Assembly: GCA_964427005.1 (NCBI GenBank) | Contig: CAYRTL010000007.1 | Location: forward strand, 23,202 to 87,201 | Length of the DNA stretch: 64,000 nucleotides | Reading direction: 5' to 3' | Source of the DNA: an uncultured Acetobacteraceae bacterium | Lineage (GTDB): Bacteria > Pseudomonadota > Alphaproteobacteria > Acetobacterales > Acetobacteraceae | Part shown: piece after piece, positions 11,303-19,559 of the stretch | How positions within the stretch are numbered: the stretch's first letter is position 1 | Layout: every line of letters starts with the position of its first letter | Translations under genes and position numbers: made by a program | Notes under the pieces: generated by a model | Told to the model about the DNA's origin: nothing | What the model saw: only the letters and a program-made list of their open reading frames with translations | Databases searched by the model: none

Positions 11303-12658
11303 TCACCCCGCTGCCTCTTCCGGCTCCTTGGCGAGCTCTTCTCCCGTCACCGTCTTATCCTCAACCTTCGCCAGCTCGATGATGAAATCGATGACCTTTT
11401 CCTCAAACAGCGGCCCGCGCAGCGTCTCCGCCGCCCTCGGATTCTGGCGAAAGAACTCAAAAATCTGCTGTTCCTGCCCCGGGTAGCGCGAGGCCTCCGC
11501 CCGCATGGCGCGCGTCATTTCGTCAGCCCCGACTGTAATGCTGTTCACCCTGCCGATTTCCGCCAGCAGCAATCCGAGCCGGACCCGGCGTTCGGCAATC
11601 TTCCGGTAATCGGCCTTCAGCGTGTCCTCGTCCTTGTTCTTATCGTCCTCGTCCAGGCGGCCCTGCTTGCGATCGGCTTCCAGCCGCTGCCAGATCTGGC
11701 TGAACTCCTGCTCCACCATACCCTCGGGCGAGGCGAACTGGGTCATGTCCGCCAGCGCGTCCAGCAACTGCCGCTTCAGCCTGAGGCGGGCAAGCTGGTC
11801 GTATTCCGCCTGAGTACGCTTGGACACAATGTCCCGCAGTTCCGCGAGGTCATCGAAGCCCAGCTTCCTCGCCAGCTCATCGTCAACCGCGGGCACCAGC
11901 GGACGGCTCAGCTTGTGGGCCGTCACTTCGAACGACGCGGCCTTGCCCGCCAGTGTCGGGACTCCGTACTCCTCCGGGAAGATCACCTCGATCGTCCGGG
12001 TCTCGCCTGGCTTCATACCTTCAAGTTGTTCGCTGAAGCCCGGAATGAAGCCGGCGCCGCCGATTTCGACCTCCATCTCCTTGCCCGTGCCGCCAGGGAA
12101 CTCGGTTCCCTCGATCCGACCAACATAATCGACCGTCAGCACCTCTCCCTTCTCGGCACCCCGGTCACCCCGCTCTTCGGCCGGTATCTCCTCCAACGTC
12201 CGATTACGCTGCGCGATCTCCGCTATTGCCTTGTCCACCGTGTCCGGCGCGACCTCCGCCTTCATCCGGGTTAACTCTATGGTGGAGAAGTCCGGCAGCG
12301 TGATGTCAGGCAGCAGTTCCAGTTCGACCTTGAACTCGAGGTCCTTCGCCTCCCCGGCACCTGCGTCGAGGTTCAGCACATCGATTTTCGGCTGCAGCGC
12401 GGGCCGCAGCCCCCGCTCCGTCAGCACCTGCTGCGTGGCTTCGCTGACCGACTGCTCCAAGACCTCGGCGGTGACCGCGGAGCCATAGCGCTGCCGCACC
12501 ACGGTGGGAGGCACTTTCCCGGGACGGAAACCCGGCAAGTTCAGCGTCTTGCCCAAATTGGCCAGCCGCGCGGCGCGTTTGCTCTCGATATCCGCAGCGG
12601 GCACCACGACGGTGTAGGCGCGCTTCAACCCCTCGGATAGCGTCTCGGTAACCTGCAT
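11303..12658 (-). CDS. tig: Trigger factor
   Basis: 451 aa. MQVTETLSEGLKR...GFRPGKVP ribosome-binding signature and a central FKBP-type PPIase region. Canonical tig-clpP-clpX-lon order. Confidence 0.95.
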   Translation of the reverse strand: MQVTETLSEGLKRAYTVVVPAADIESKRAARLANLGKTLNLPGFRPGKVPPTVVRQRYGSAVTAEVLEQSVSEATQQVLTERGLRPALQPKIDVLNLDAGAGEAKDLEFKVELELLPDITLPDFSTIELTRMKAEVAPDTVDKAIAEIAQRNRTLEEIPAEERGDRGAEKGEVLTVDYVGRIEGTEFPGGTGKEMEVEIGGAGFIPGFSEQLEGMKPGETRTIEVIFPEEYGVPTLAGKAASFEVTAHKLSRPLVPAVDDELARKLGFDDLAELRDIVSKRTQAEYDQLARLRLKRQLLDALADMTQFASPEGMVEQEFSQIWQRLEADRKQGRLDEDDKNKDEDTLKADYRKIAERRVRLGLLLAEIGRVNSITVGADEMTRAMRAEASRYPGQEQQIFEFFRQNPRAAETLRGPLFEEKVIDFIIELAKVEDKTVTGEELAKEPEEAAG

Positions 12659-12689
12659 TGTTTCACCCTGCCTCCGTCTACCCGCCTCG

Positions 12690-12774
<85 letters not shown>

Positions 12775-13009
12775 GCTCGCAAGCTGGCGGCCACGCGAGG
12801 GCGCGGCTTTACCCCAGCCGCTCAGGCGCGACAAGCGCACGAGGCGCTTTGAGATTTCGGCCGCTGGTATCAACGTCCGCGCGGGGCTATACCTCGCGTC
12901 CCATGATTTTGCGCTTTTGCCGCTCAAATTCCTGTGCGTCCCCCCATGCCAAGCAAGCCGACCTCGTGCTAGCTTGGTTTCAACCGTTATCATTTCGTAG
13001 GTAAGTCGC

Positions 13010-13972
13010 ATGGCTCAGACCAGCCGCAGCAAGGGAAAGGCTCGGCCCCGGTCCCGCTCTGGCAACGGGTCCCACGAAACGGCCGCCACGCCGCCATCGC
13101 GTGACTACAGCATTGCTGCGGTGGGCCGGGCTCTGGACCTTCTGGAGGCCCTCTCACGTATCGGTCCCGCCCCTCTGGCGGCTCTGGCAGACGAGGCACG
13201 GTGCACCCGCACGGCAGGGTTCCGGCTTCTACGCACGCTGGAGGCACGTGGGTTTGCCATCCAGGACGAAGCGCGCGGGATGTGGCGGCTCGGCGCCAGA
13301 TGGGGGGTGCTGGGACGTGCTGCCGCCGAACAGGGTGCCCTGGAAGCCACGGCGATGCCGTTCCTTGCCGCACTCGGCAAGACCAGCGGCGAGAACGTGT
13401 ACTTGCGGGTTCGCGACGGCCTGGAGTGCGAAACCATCGCCGTCTACCAAGCCGACCCCGGGCTCCGGGTATACAGCGAAGTTGGCAAGCGCCAGCCGCT
13501 GCATGCCGGCTCAAGCCGGATGCTGCTGGCCTATGCGCCGGAGGCGGTTCAGACCCAGGTCCTGGCACAGCGCCTGCCCCGGTTCACCCCGGCCACACGA
13601 ACCGACGCTGCCTGGATCGCAGCCGATCTTCAGCGCATCCGCAGCCGTGGCTACCTGCTTACCACGGATGAGGTTGTGGCTGGCGCGGCCACGGTCGCCG
13701 CCCCGGTTCGCGACGCGTCCGGACAAGTCGTCGCGGTGTTGTCCGTCAGCGCACCGACCATGCGGATGCGGCCTCCCAGGCCCCGCGCCCTACTACCGAT
13801 GGTCCTGGATGCCGCGACGAAACTGTCGCGAGCGCTGGGGGCCGCGGCGAGTGAAAACGCTGCGCGTAGCGCCACCAGCCCCCGCGTCGGCACGTCAGCT
13901 ACGGCCGGCGCCGATACGGGCGCGCTCGCGCCGGTTCTGGCCTCCCCCGGCCCTCACTCCATCTTTCGCTGA
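13010..13972 (+). CDS. IclR-family transcriptional regulator
   Basis: 320 aa. Winged-HTH region VGRALDLLEALSR...LADEARCTRTAGFRLLRTLEARGF followed by an IclR effector domain (PLHAGSSRMLLAY...AAPVRDASGQVVAVLSVSAP). Confidence 0.9.
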   Translation: MAQTSRSKGKARPRSRSGNGSHETAATPPSRDYSIAAVGRALDLLEALSRIGPAPLAALADEARCTRTAGFRLLRTLEARGFAIQDEARGMWRLGARWGVLGRAAAEQGALEATAMPFLAALGKTSGENVYLRVRDGLECETIAVYQADPGLRVYSEVGKRQPLHAGSSRMLLAYAPEAVQTQVLAQRLPRFTPATRTDAAWIAADLQRIRSRGYLLTTDEVVAGAATVAAPVRDASGQVVAVLSVSAPTMRMRPPRPRALLPMVLDAATKLSRALGAAASENAARSATSPRVGTSATAGADTGALAPVLASPGPHSIFR

Positions 13973-13975
13973 TCC

Positions 13976-16636
13976 TCAGGCCTCTTCCCTTGGCTTGAGT
14001 ACGCCTGAGTAGGTGAGAAGCGCCAGCGACGTCGCAAGCTTTCCCAGGAACGAGAAGGTGGGCCAAAACACGCGCCAGAATTCAGTCCCTGGACCGGTAT
14101 CGACCCAGCATTTGTCCGTCTGGTGCAGCGCCATCACCGGCACCATCATGTCCATCGCATAGAACATCGGATTGATGTCGCTCCGCCCGCAGGGCGGCGC
14201 CGGGGCCGTATTCTGCTCATGTTCGGCGCGCAGGAAAGCTGGCGCCTCACTCACCTCGGTCATGGCATAGGAGTAATTGACCACCAGCACCTTGGACTGT
14301 TTCCACGCCCACCACACGCCACCAGTGCCGATGGCCAGCAGAATGAGCACGGTCAGGGTTGCCCGCACCGGTGACAGTCCGAAGCCAAAGCACACCCCCC
14401 AGATGCCGCGCACCAGCCGTGCCAGCCAGTTGGAACTCGGCATCACCCATTGTTCGACAATGGCCACTTCGCGAGCCGCCTGATAATGCCCTTGCGCCCG
14501 GAGCACCTTTGCGAGGTGCCGGTACGGCTGAGGATGGAATTCAGCCGCCTTCGATTCCTGCCGGTGCACCCATTCTAGGCGCTGCTTGATATGAGCACGC
14601 TGGGCATGCAGCCTGCGCCAGGCAAGCCGAACGGCCCAGGCAGGCGAACGTCCATGTCCGGGGAGAGAAGCCCAGCGGCTGAGCGCTGATACCGCTATCC
14701 CGATTCCACTGCCTTCGTCGGAGGGGAGATGGCCAAATCGGTCATATACGAACCCGTCCAGGTTCAGCAGGCAGACTATTCCCTCCCCAGTCCGTCCGGC
14801 GCCCCACCCAGCCGGAAAACCCTCATCGTCGAGCGTGGCGGCCCGAGCGCCGCCCAGATCGATCGTGAGCGGCACCTCCGCCATGAAATCACGCGCCATG
14901 ACCGCCGCACCGATACGAGCATGCGCGAGGTGCACCCGCGGCAATGCATCGAAGCCCTTGCGGTAGCCGTACTTGCTGTCGCCATAGGTAATTTCGGCGG
15001 GAAACCGCAACTCATCCCAGATCAGGCTGCCCCCCGTCTGTAAATTCTCGCAGTCCAGCCGGCCGAGTACCGCGAGGTTCAACAGCTTCACATCGCCAGC
15101 GACCGAGAGATTGGTGGCTACCAACGCACCCGCCGCCGTGCGGCCCGCCGCCATTGGCGATGGACCAATAAAGACCGCACCCGAGCAGTCGAGGTCGCGG
15201 CCGACCTTGGTGCCCCAAAGACTGACGTACCCAAGACTGGCGAAGCCCTGGTTCAGCAGCACGTCGCCGGCGATCGCCACATTGGTCAGGCGCAGCGTCT
15301 CGCGCGAACCAGTCTCCGGCCAGTTCTCGAACGAGGCCCCGCAACATTCCACGTTGCTGTCCACCGTCGCCCCAAGCAGGCTCACGCCCCCGCGCGCGGT
15401 GAACCCGTGGCGTAACAGCACCGCGCCACCAATGGTGGCGTTCTCCGCGGCGAGCGCCACTCCGGTGCCATTGGCGGTCGGGTTGCTGAAGCTGGCGCCA
15501 TCGCACTCCAGATTGCCGCCGAGTTTCGCTCCTATCAGGCTGACGGTGCCTCGCGCTGTGAAACCATTGCGCAGCAGGACGGCGCCGCCGATGACGGCAT
15601 GATCCGCGGCGAGGGCGACTCCGGTTCCGTCTTTCGTGGCATTGGTCAGCTTGGCCCCGTCACATTCGAGGCTGCTGGCGATCCGCGTGCCCCGCAAGGT
15701 GATCGCGCCCTCGGCAGTAAAGCCGTTGCGTAATAGTAGCGAACCGCCGATTTCGGCGGTGTCCGCCGCCAGGACAACACCACTCCCGTCTTCGGAACGA
15801 TTCACCAGCCGTGCGCCATTCATATCAAGCGTGCCGGCGATGCGCGCGCCCATGAGCCAGATGAGGCCTGCTGCAACGAACCCGTCGCCCAGGATCACCA
15901 CTCCATCGAAACGCGCGGCCTGGGCACCAATCGCGTCGCCTTCTCCCGCGCCGACGCCGGCACCACGCGCCACCACGTCTCCCGTGACGTGCGCGGTATC
16001 CAGCGATACGCCGCCGATGGCTGTGAAACCGCCCATCAGGTCCAGGCTGCCTCGAATTTCCGCTCCTGAGAGCCGCAGCGCATAAAGCGCGTCGCGGTTT
16101 GCAATGCCTGGCCTTGGCGGTGGGACGTGCAGGCGTGCTCCCCGTGCGAGCAGATCCCCATCAATCACCGCGGCATGCGCGTCGATCCAGGCCGCATCTT
16201 CCAGGGGCGTTGCGCCGGTGAAGTCGAACGACCCATCGATGCGCAGTCCCCGCATACGCACCTCGCCAATGCGGCTGTTGCGCAGCGACAGGCGCGCCAA
16301 GCGGGCATTGCAGAAGTCGAGCGGCGCTGCGATTTCACAGCCCTCCAGCGCGAGCGCGGGCAACCCCGCGCCCGACGGGCCGGCGCAATCGGCGAGATCG
16401 AGCGTCTCCTCGAGGCGTGCGCCGCGGATTCGCACGCCCGGCAGTCTGATGGGCCACGCGCTGTCTGCCGGCTGCAATCCAAGGAGCAGATGGCGCAAGA
16501 AGGCGGCCCGAATGAGCGGGGGGTCCTCACCCGGAAACCGCGCCACCTCACCTGCCGCCGTCCGTGCGATCACCTCCGCCTCTGCGTCGAGCAGAATCGC
16601 TGGATCGAAGCCAGGTTTGCGCAACTCGTCAGGCAT
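13976..16636 (-). CDS. Large uncharacterised repeat (beta-helix-like) protein with C-terminal membrane anchor
   Basis: 886-aa ORF. Residues about 260-475 are 48-aa tandem units (G.K/RL.G.LECDGA.F.N....GTGVALAA..A.IGGAVLLR.GFTARG.VSL). The C-terminus has a conserved-looking LDGFVYDRF...RLEWVHRQ...FHPQPYRHLAKVLRAQGHYQAAREV segment and predicted TM helices (VCFGFGLSPVRATLTVLILLAIGTGGVWW; FWPTFSFLGKLATSLALL). Confidence 0.85.
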   Translation of the reverse strand: MPDELRKPGFDPAILLDAEAEVIARTAAGEVARFPGEDPPLIRAAFLRHLLLGLQPADSAWPIRLPGVRIRGARLEETLDLADCAGPSGAGLPALALEGCEIAAPLDFCNARLARLSLRNSRIGEVRMRGLRIDGSFDFTGATPLEDAAWIDAHAAVIDGDLLARGARLHVPPPRPGIANRDALYALRLSGAEIRGSLDLMGGFTAIGGVSLDTAHVTGDVVARGAGVGAGEGDAIGAQAARFDGVVILGDGFVAAGLIWLMGARIAGTLDMNGARLVNRSEDGSGVVLAADTAEIGGSLLLRNGFTAEGAITLRGTRIASSLECDGAKLTNATKDGTGVALAADHAVIGGAVLLRNGFTARGTVSLIGAKLGGNLECDGASFSNPTANGTGVALAAENATIGGAVLLRHGFTARGGVSLLGATVDSNVECCGASFENWPETGSRETLRLTNVAIAGDVLLNQGFASLGYVSLWGTKVGRDLDCSGAVFIGPSPMAAGRTAAGALVATNLSVAGDVKLLNLAVLGRLDCENLQTGGSLIWDELRFPAEITYGDSKYGYRKGFDALPRVHLAHARIGAAVMARDFMAEVPLTIDLGGARAATLDDEGFPAGWGAGRTGEGIVCLLNLDGFVYDRFGHLPSDEGSGIGIAVSALSRWASLPGHGRSPAWAVRLAWRRLHAQRAHIKQRLEWVHRQESKAAEFHPQPYRHLAKVLRAQGHYQAAREVAIVEQWVMPSSNWLARLVRGIWGVCFGFGLSPVRATLTVLILLAIGTGGVWWAWKQSKVLVVNYSYAMTEVSEAPAFLRAEHEQNTAPAPPCGRSDINPMFYAMDMMVPVMALHQTDKCWVDTGPGTEFWRVFWPTFSFLGKLATSLALLTYSGVLKPREEA
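15215..15850. repeat. Intragenic tandem repeat, period about 144 bp (about 4.4 units)
   Basis: The DNA encoding residues 263-474 of the 886-aa protein shows recurring strings such as ggtgaa(a/c)cc(g/a)t(t/g)gcg.a.cag.a.ggcgccgcc(g/a)at and ggcgccatcgcactccag / ggccccgtcacattcgag at a spacing of about 144 nt. Confidence 0.7.
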
Positions 16637-16660
16637 TGTGTTCGCCAGACACGCCGCTCA

Positions 16661-17431
16661 TCAGAGCTTTCCGGCCTTCTTCGCTTCATCCAGCAACGCG
16701 GGCACGCCCTCGGTGATTGTATGGATTCCGAGTACGCTGGTCAGTTGCAGCACTTCCATGATTTCAGCGACGGTTGCGCCATGCGCCAGCGCGTTGCGGA
16801 TGTGCGTACGCAGGCCGGGCATATACAGATGTGTTGTGGCAGCATCGATCGCGACATAGATCAGCTCGCGAATCTTCGGCGCCAGCGTGCCGTGTTGCCA
16901 AGGGACAGAGGAAAGTCGCGAATAGGCGTCGAAGAATTCCGGAGAATGCTGCAAGAGCTGTTCCCACACGGGATTCCAATAGCCGCGATTGGCGACGAAT
17001 TCCTGTTTCAGCCTTTCCTGTTCTGCCGTCAGCGGCCCTTCCTTGACCTCGGAGCCACGACCTGACTTGCGCAACTCGTCAATCAATATCGGTAACCCGG
17101 TCGAGATCGTATGAATGCCGAGTACCGACACGATCTGCAGCACTTCCATGACTTCGTCACGCGAAGCGCCATGCTTCAACGCGTTGGCGATATGAATTCG
17201 CGTACCGGGGTTGTAGAGATGCGTGGTTGACGCATCGATCGCGACGTAAATCAGTTCCTTGATCTTCGGCGGCAGCGTGCCGTGCTTCCAGGGCACTGAG
17301 GAGAATGCGCTGTACGCCTCGAAAAATTCTGGCGAAAGCTGCAGCACGCCATCCCACAGTTCGCTCCAGTAGCCTCGGGCCGCAGTGAATTCGTCCTTGA
17401 GCTTCTGCCGGCGTGCATCGAGTTCGGCCAT
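16661..17431 (-). CDS. Carboxymuconolactone decarboxylase (AhpD-like) family protein, tandem two-domain form
   Basis: ATG at 17431 (RBS ggagg). The two halves are clearly paralogous: RGYWSELWDGVLQLSPEFFEAYSAFSSVPWKHGTLPPKIKELIYVAIDASTTHLYNPG versus RGYWNPVWEQLLQHSPEFFDAYSRLSSVPWQHGTLAPKIRELIYVAIDAATTHLYMPG. Confidence 0.85.
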   Translation of the reverse strand: MAELDARRQKLKDEFTAARGYWSELWDGVLQLSPEFFEAYSAFSSVPWKHGTLPPKIKELIYVAIDASTTHLYNPGTRIHIANALKHGASRDEVMEVLQIVSVLGIHTISTGLPILIDELRKSGRGSEVKEGPLTAEQERLKQEFVANRGYWNPVWEQLLQHSPEFFDAYSRLSSVPWQHGTLAPKIRELIYVAIDAATTHLYMPGLRTHIRNALAHGATVAEIMEVLQLTSVLGIHTITEGVPALLDEAKKAGKL

Positions 17432-17491
17432 GTGAGTTCCTCCCTCAGCCGTGGAAGGGTCGGAAGGAAGCCCGCAACAAGTCAAGCACGG

Positions 17492-18448
17492 TTACGTGGC
17501 GGCCCCGTTGCCAATCTCCAGGAACTTCTCGCGCCGGCGTGCCTTCAGGGTGGCGCCGTCCAGCGCGACCAGCGGTGCCAGCGCGGTGGCAACGGCATCG
17601 CCGACCGCGGCGATGGTCGCGGTTGCATCGCGCTGCGCGCCGCCCAGAGGCTCCGGGATGATCATGTCCACCAAGTTGAACCGCTTCATGTCCTCCGCGG
17701 TCAGCCGCAAGGCCTCCGCCGCGGCAGCAGCCTGCGAGGCCTCACGCCATAGGATCGAAGCGCACCCCTCCGGCGAGATGACCGAATAGATGGCATGTTC
17801 CAACATCAGGACGCGGTCGCCGGCGGCCAGCGCGATGGCGCCACCTGAGCCGCCCTCGCCGATGATGGTGGCAACCAGCGGCACGGGCACCTCCAGGCAG
17901 GCTTCGATCGACCGCGCGATCGCATCGGCCTGACCCCGGGCTTCGGCATCAATTCCGGGGAATGCGCCAGATGTGTCCACAAAGCTCAGAATCGGCAGGC
18001 CGAACCGGCCGCCCAACTCAATGAGACGGCGCGCCTTCCGATAGCCCTCCGGCCTCGCCATTCCGAAGTTATGTTTCACGCGGCTTTCCGTATCGGAGCC
18101 CTTTTCGGTCCCCAGCACGACAACAGAGCGTCCACGAAACCGGCCGATTCCGCCCAGGACGGCGGCATCATCGGCGAATGCGCGATCGCCGGCGAGCGGC
18201 GTGAAATTGGTGATCAGCGCGGCAATGTAGTCCATGGCCTTCGGCCGATCGGGATGGCGCGCCACGAGCGTTTTCTGCCACGGGGTCAACTTCGCGTACG
18301 TGGCGCGAAGCTGCCTGTCGGCTACCGCCATCAGCCGCGCCACTTCGTCGGCGATATTGATGCCGTCGGGCTCCGACATGCGCCGGAGCTCTTCGATTTT
18401 GCCCTCCAGTTCGGCAATCGGTTTCTCGAAATCGAGGTAATGGCGCAT
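17492..18448 (-). CDS. accA: Acetyl-CoA carboxylase carboxyltransferase subunit alpha
   Basis: 318 aa. MRHYLDFEKPIAELEGKIEEL... and the GGSGGALA motif are typical AccA. Confidence 0.95.
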   Translation of the reverse strand: MRHYLDFEKPIAELEGKIEELRRMSEPDGINIADEVARLMAVADRQLRATYAKLTPWQKTLVARHPDRPKAMDYIAALITNFTPLAGDRAFADDAAVLGGIGRFRGRSVVVLGTEKGSDTESRVKHNFGMARPEGYRKARRLIELGGRFGLPILSFVDTSGAFPGIDAEARGQADAIARSIEACLEVPVPLVATIIGEGGSGGAIALAAGDRVLMLEHAIYSVISPEGCASILWREASQAAAAAEALRLTAEDMKRFNLVDMIIPEPLGGAQRDATATIAAVGDAVATALAPLVALDGATLKARRREKFLEIGNGAAT

Positions 18449-18495
18449 GGGGCGCGGGCTTTAGCACAATTCCCCGAGCCGGAAAGGCTGTGGGC

Positions 18496-18738
18496 TCAGC
18501 TATGCGGGCCGGCGTTGGCCGGGAAGAAATAGGAGATCGGAACCCCAAGGATCTGGCTCAACCGAACCAGATGCTCGGGAGGCACACGCGTCCTTGCGCG
18601 TTCGTAGGCCTCGATCTCGGCGGAATCCACCCCCAATGAGGCAGCGAGCTGGTCCTGGCTCAGGCCGAGGGCGAGACGCTTTCCCCTGATGCGGCGCCCG
18701 ACATGCTGATCGATCGCCGTCACATCCATTCCTCTCAC
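18496..18738 (-). CDS. XRE-family helix-turn-helix transcriptional regulator (small)
   Basis: 80 aa. VGRRIRGKRLALGLSQDQLAASLGVDSAEIEAYERARTRVPPEHLVRLSQILGVPISYFF is a Cro/C1-type HTH. Confidence 0.75.
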   Translation of the reverse strand: MRGMDVTAIDQHVGRRIRGKRLALGLSQDQLAASLGVDSAEIEAYERARTRVPPEHLVRLSQILGVPISYFFPANAGPHS

Positions 18739-18905
18739 TAAGTCGTCAATACAACGTTAAATTAGCGTTATTCCGTCGGTCTCATAGCCTGAGGACCGCG
18801 GCCGTGCCAGAGGTAAAACGCTCGGGTCTCCCGCGCGAAAGGGGCAGTCTCTTCAACCCGGCGCTATGACCGGCCTAACAGGGCGTCAGTCAGCGAGATA
18901 GCACC

Positions 18906-19472
18906 CTAGCGTAGGCCAGCGGATTTCCTGACCGCGGCCAAAATCTCGGCAGAAAGTTCTGGATCATCGGCAAGCCTCGCCAGAACGACGGCACCGACCA
19001 TGCCGGACAATGTGGCCAAGGCCCGGTCACGGCGCCGTCCGGGCAGACAACCGACCAGCGCGTCCGTCATCCGGCGGATCGAGGCCGTGATCGAAGGCCG
19101 TATGTTGCGCCGGCGCGCCACTTCCGGTCCCAGCGTGGTCAGCACGCAGCCTCTATCGGCCGCCTCTACATGCACCGGATCGAGGTAGCCGCCGACGATC
19201 TGGGCGAGGGCGCTGTCCCGGTCCGCTTCCTGGCTGATCCGCTCCCACCGCGCGGCGGAACGCGCCAGCGACGCGGATGCTGCCTCGGCGACCAGCATCT
19301 CCTTCGAGCCGAAATGCGCATAAAATCCACCATGTGTCAGGCCCGCGTGGTGCATGATCGCATCCACGCCGACAGCATCGATGCCGTGGCTGCGAAACAG
19401 GGCCAGAGCAGATTTCAGGATCCGTTCGCGTGTCTCGGCTTTGCGCTCACTTGTGACGCGCATCTGTGCCAT
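18906..19472 (-). CDS. TetR/AcrR-family transcriptional regulator
   Basis: 188 aa. N-terminal TetR HTH: RERILKSALALFRSHGIDAVGVDAIMHHAGLTHGGFYAHFGSKEML. Divergent from the MFS gene. Confidence 0.88.
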   Translation of the reverse strand: MAQMRVTSERKAETRERILKSALALFRSHGIDAVGVDAIMHHAGLTHGGFYAHFGSKEMLVAEAASASLARSAARWERISQEADRDSALAQIVGGYLDPVHVEAADRGCVLTTLGPEVARRRNIRPSITASIRRMTDALVGCLPGRRRDRALATLSGMVGAVVLARLADDPELSAEILAAVRKSAGLR

Positions 19473-19483
19473 CCCTGTATTGC

Positions 19484-19497
19484 ATGACGATCGTCAT
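19484..19497. promoter_or_regulatory. Perfect 14-bp palindrome ATGACGATCGTCAT, candidate TetR operator 1
   Basis: Read directly from the sequence. Lies 12 nt upstream of the TetR start in the 87-bp divergent intergenic region. Confidence 0.55.
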
Positions 19498-19516
19498 GTA
19501 TTTCCTTGACTAGCAT

Positions 19517-19530
19517 ATGACGATCGTCAT
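19517..19530. promoter_or_regulatory. Second identical palindrome ATGACGATCGTCAT, candidate TetR operator 2
   Basis: Identical 14-mer 33 bp (centre to centre) from the first. A TTGACT hexamer (19506-19511) lies between the two. Confidence 0.55.
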
Positions 19531-19559
19531 GCTTGCGGCAAGTCGCGGAGGAGCTGACG

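Noticed and set aside
13101-14012. 303-aa plus-strand ORF, and the 192-aa minus-strand ORF at 12990..13568, over the IclR gene
   Set aside because: These are alternative or antisense frames of a gene with clear IclR motifs. Their P/R/A-rich low-complexity translations are unconvincing.
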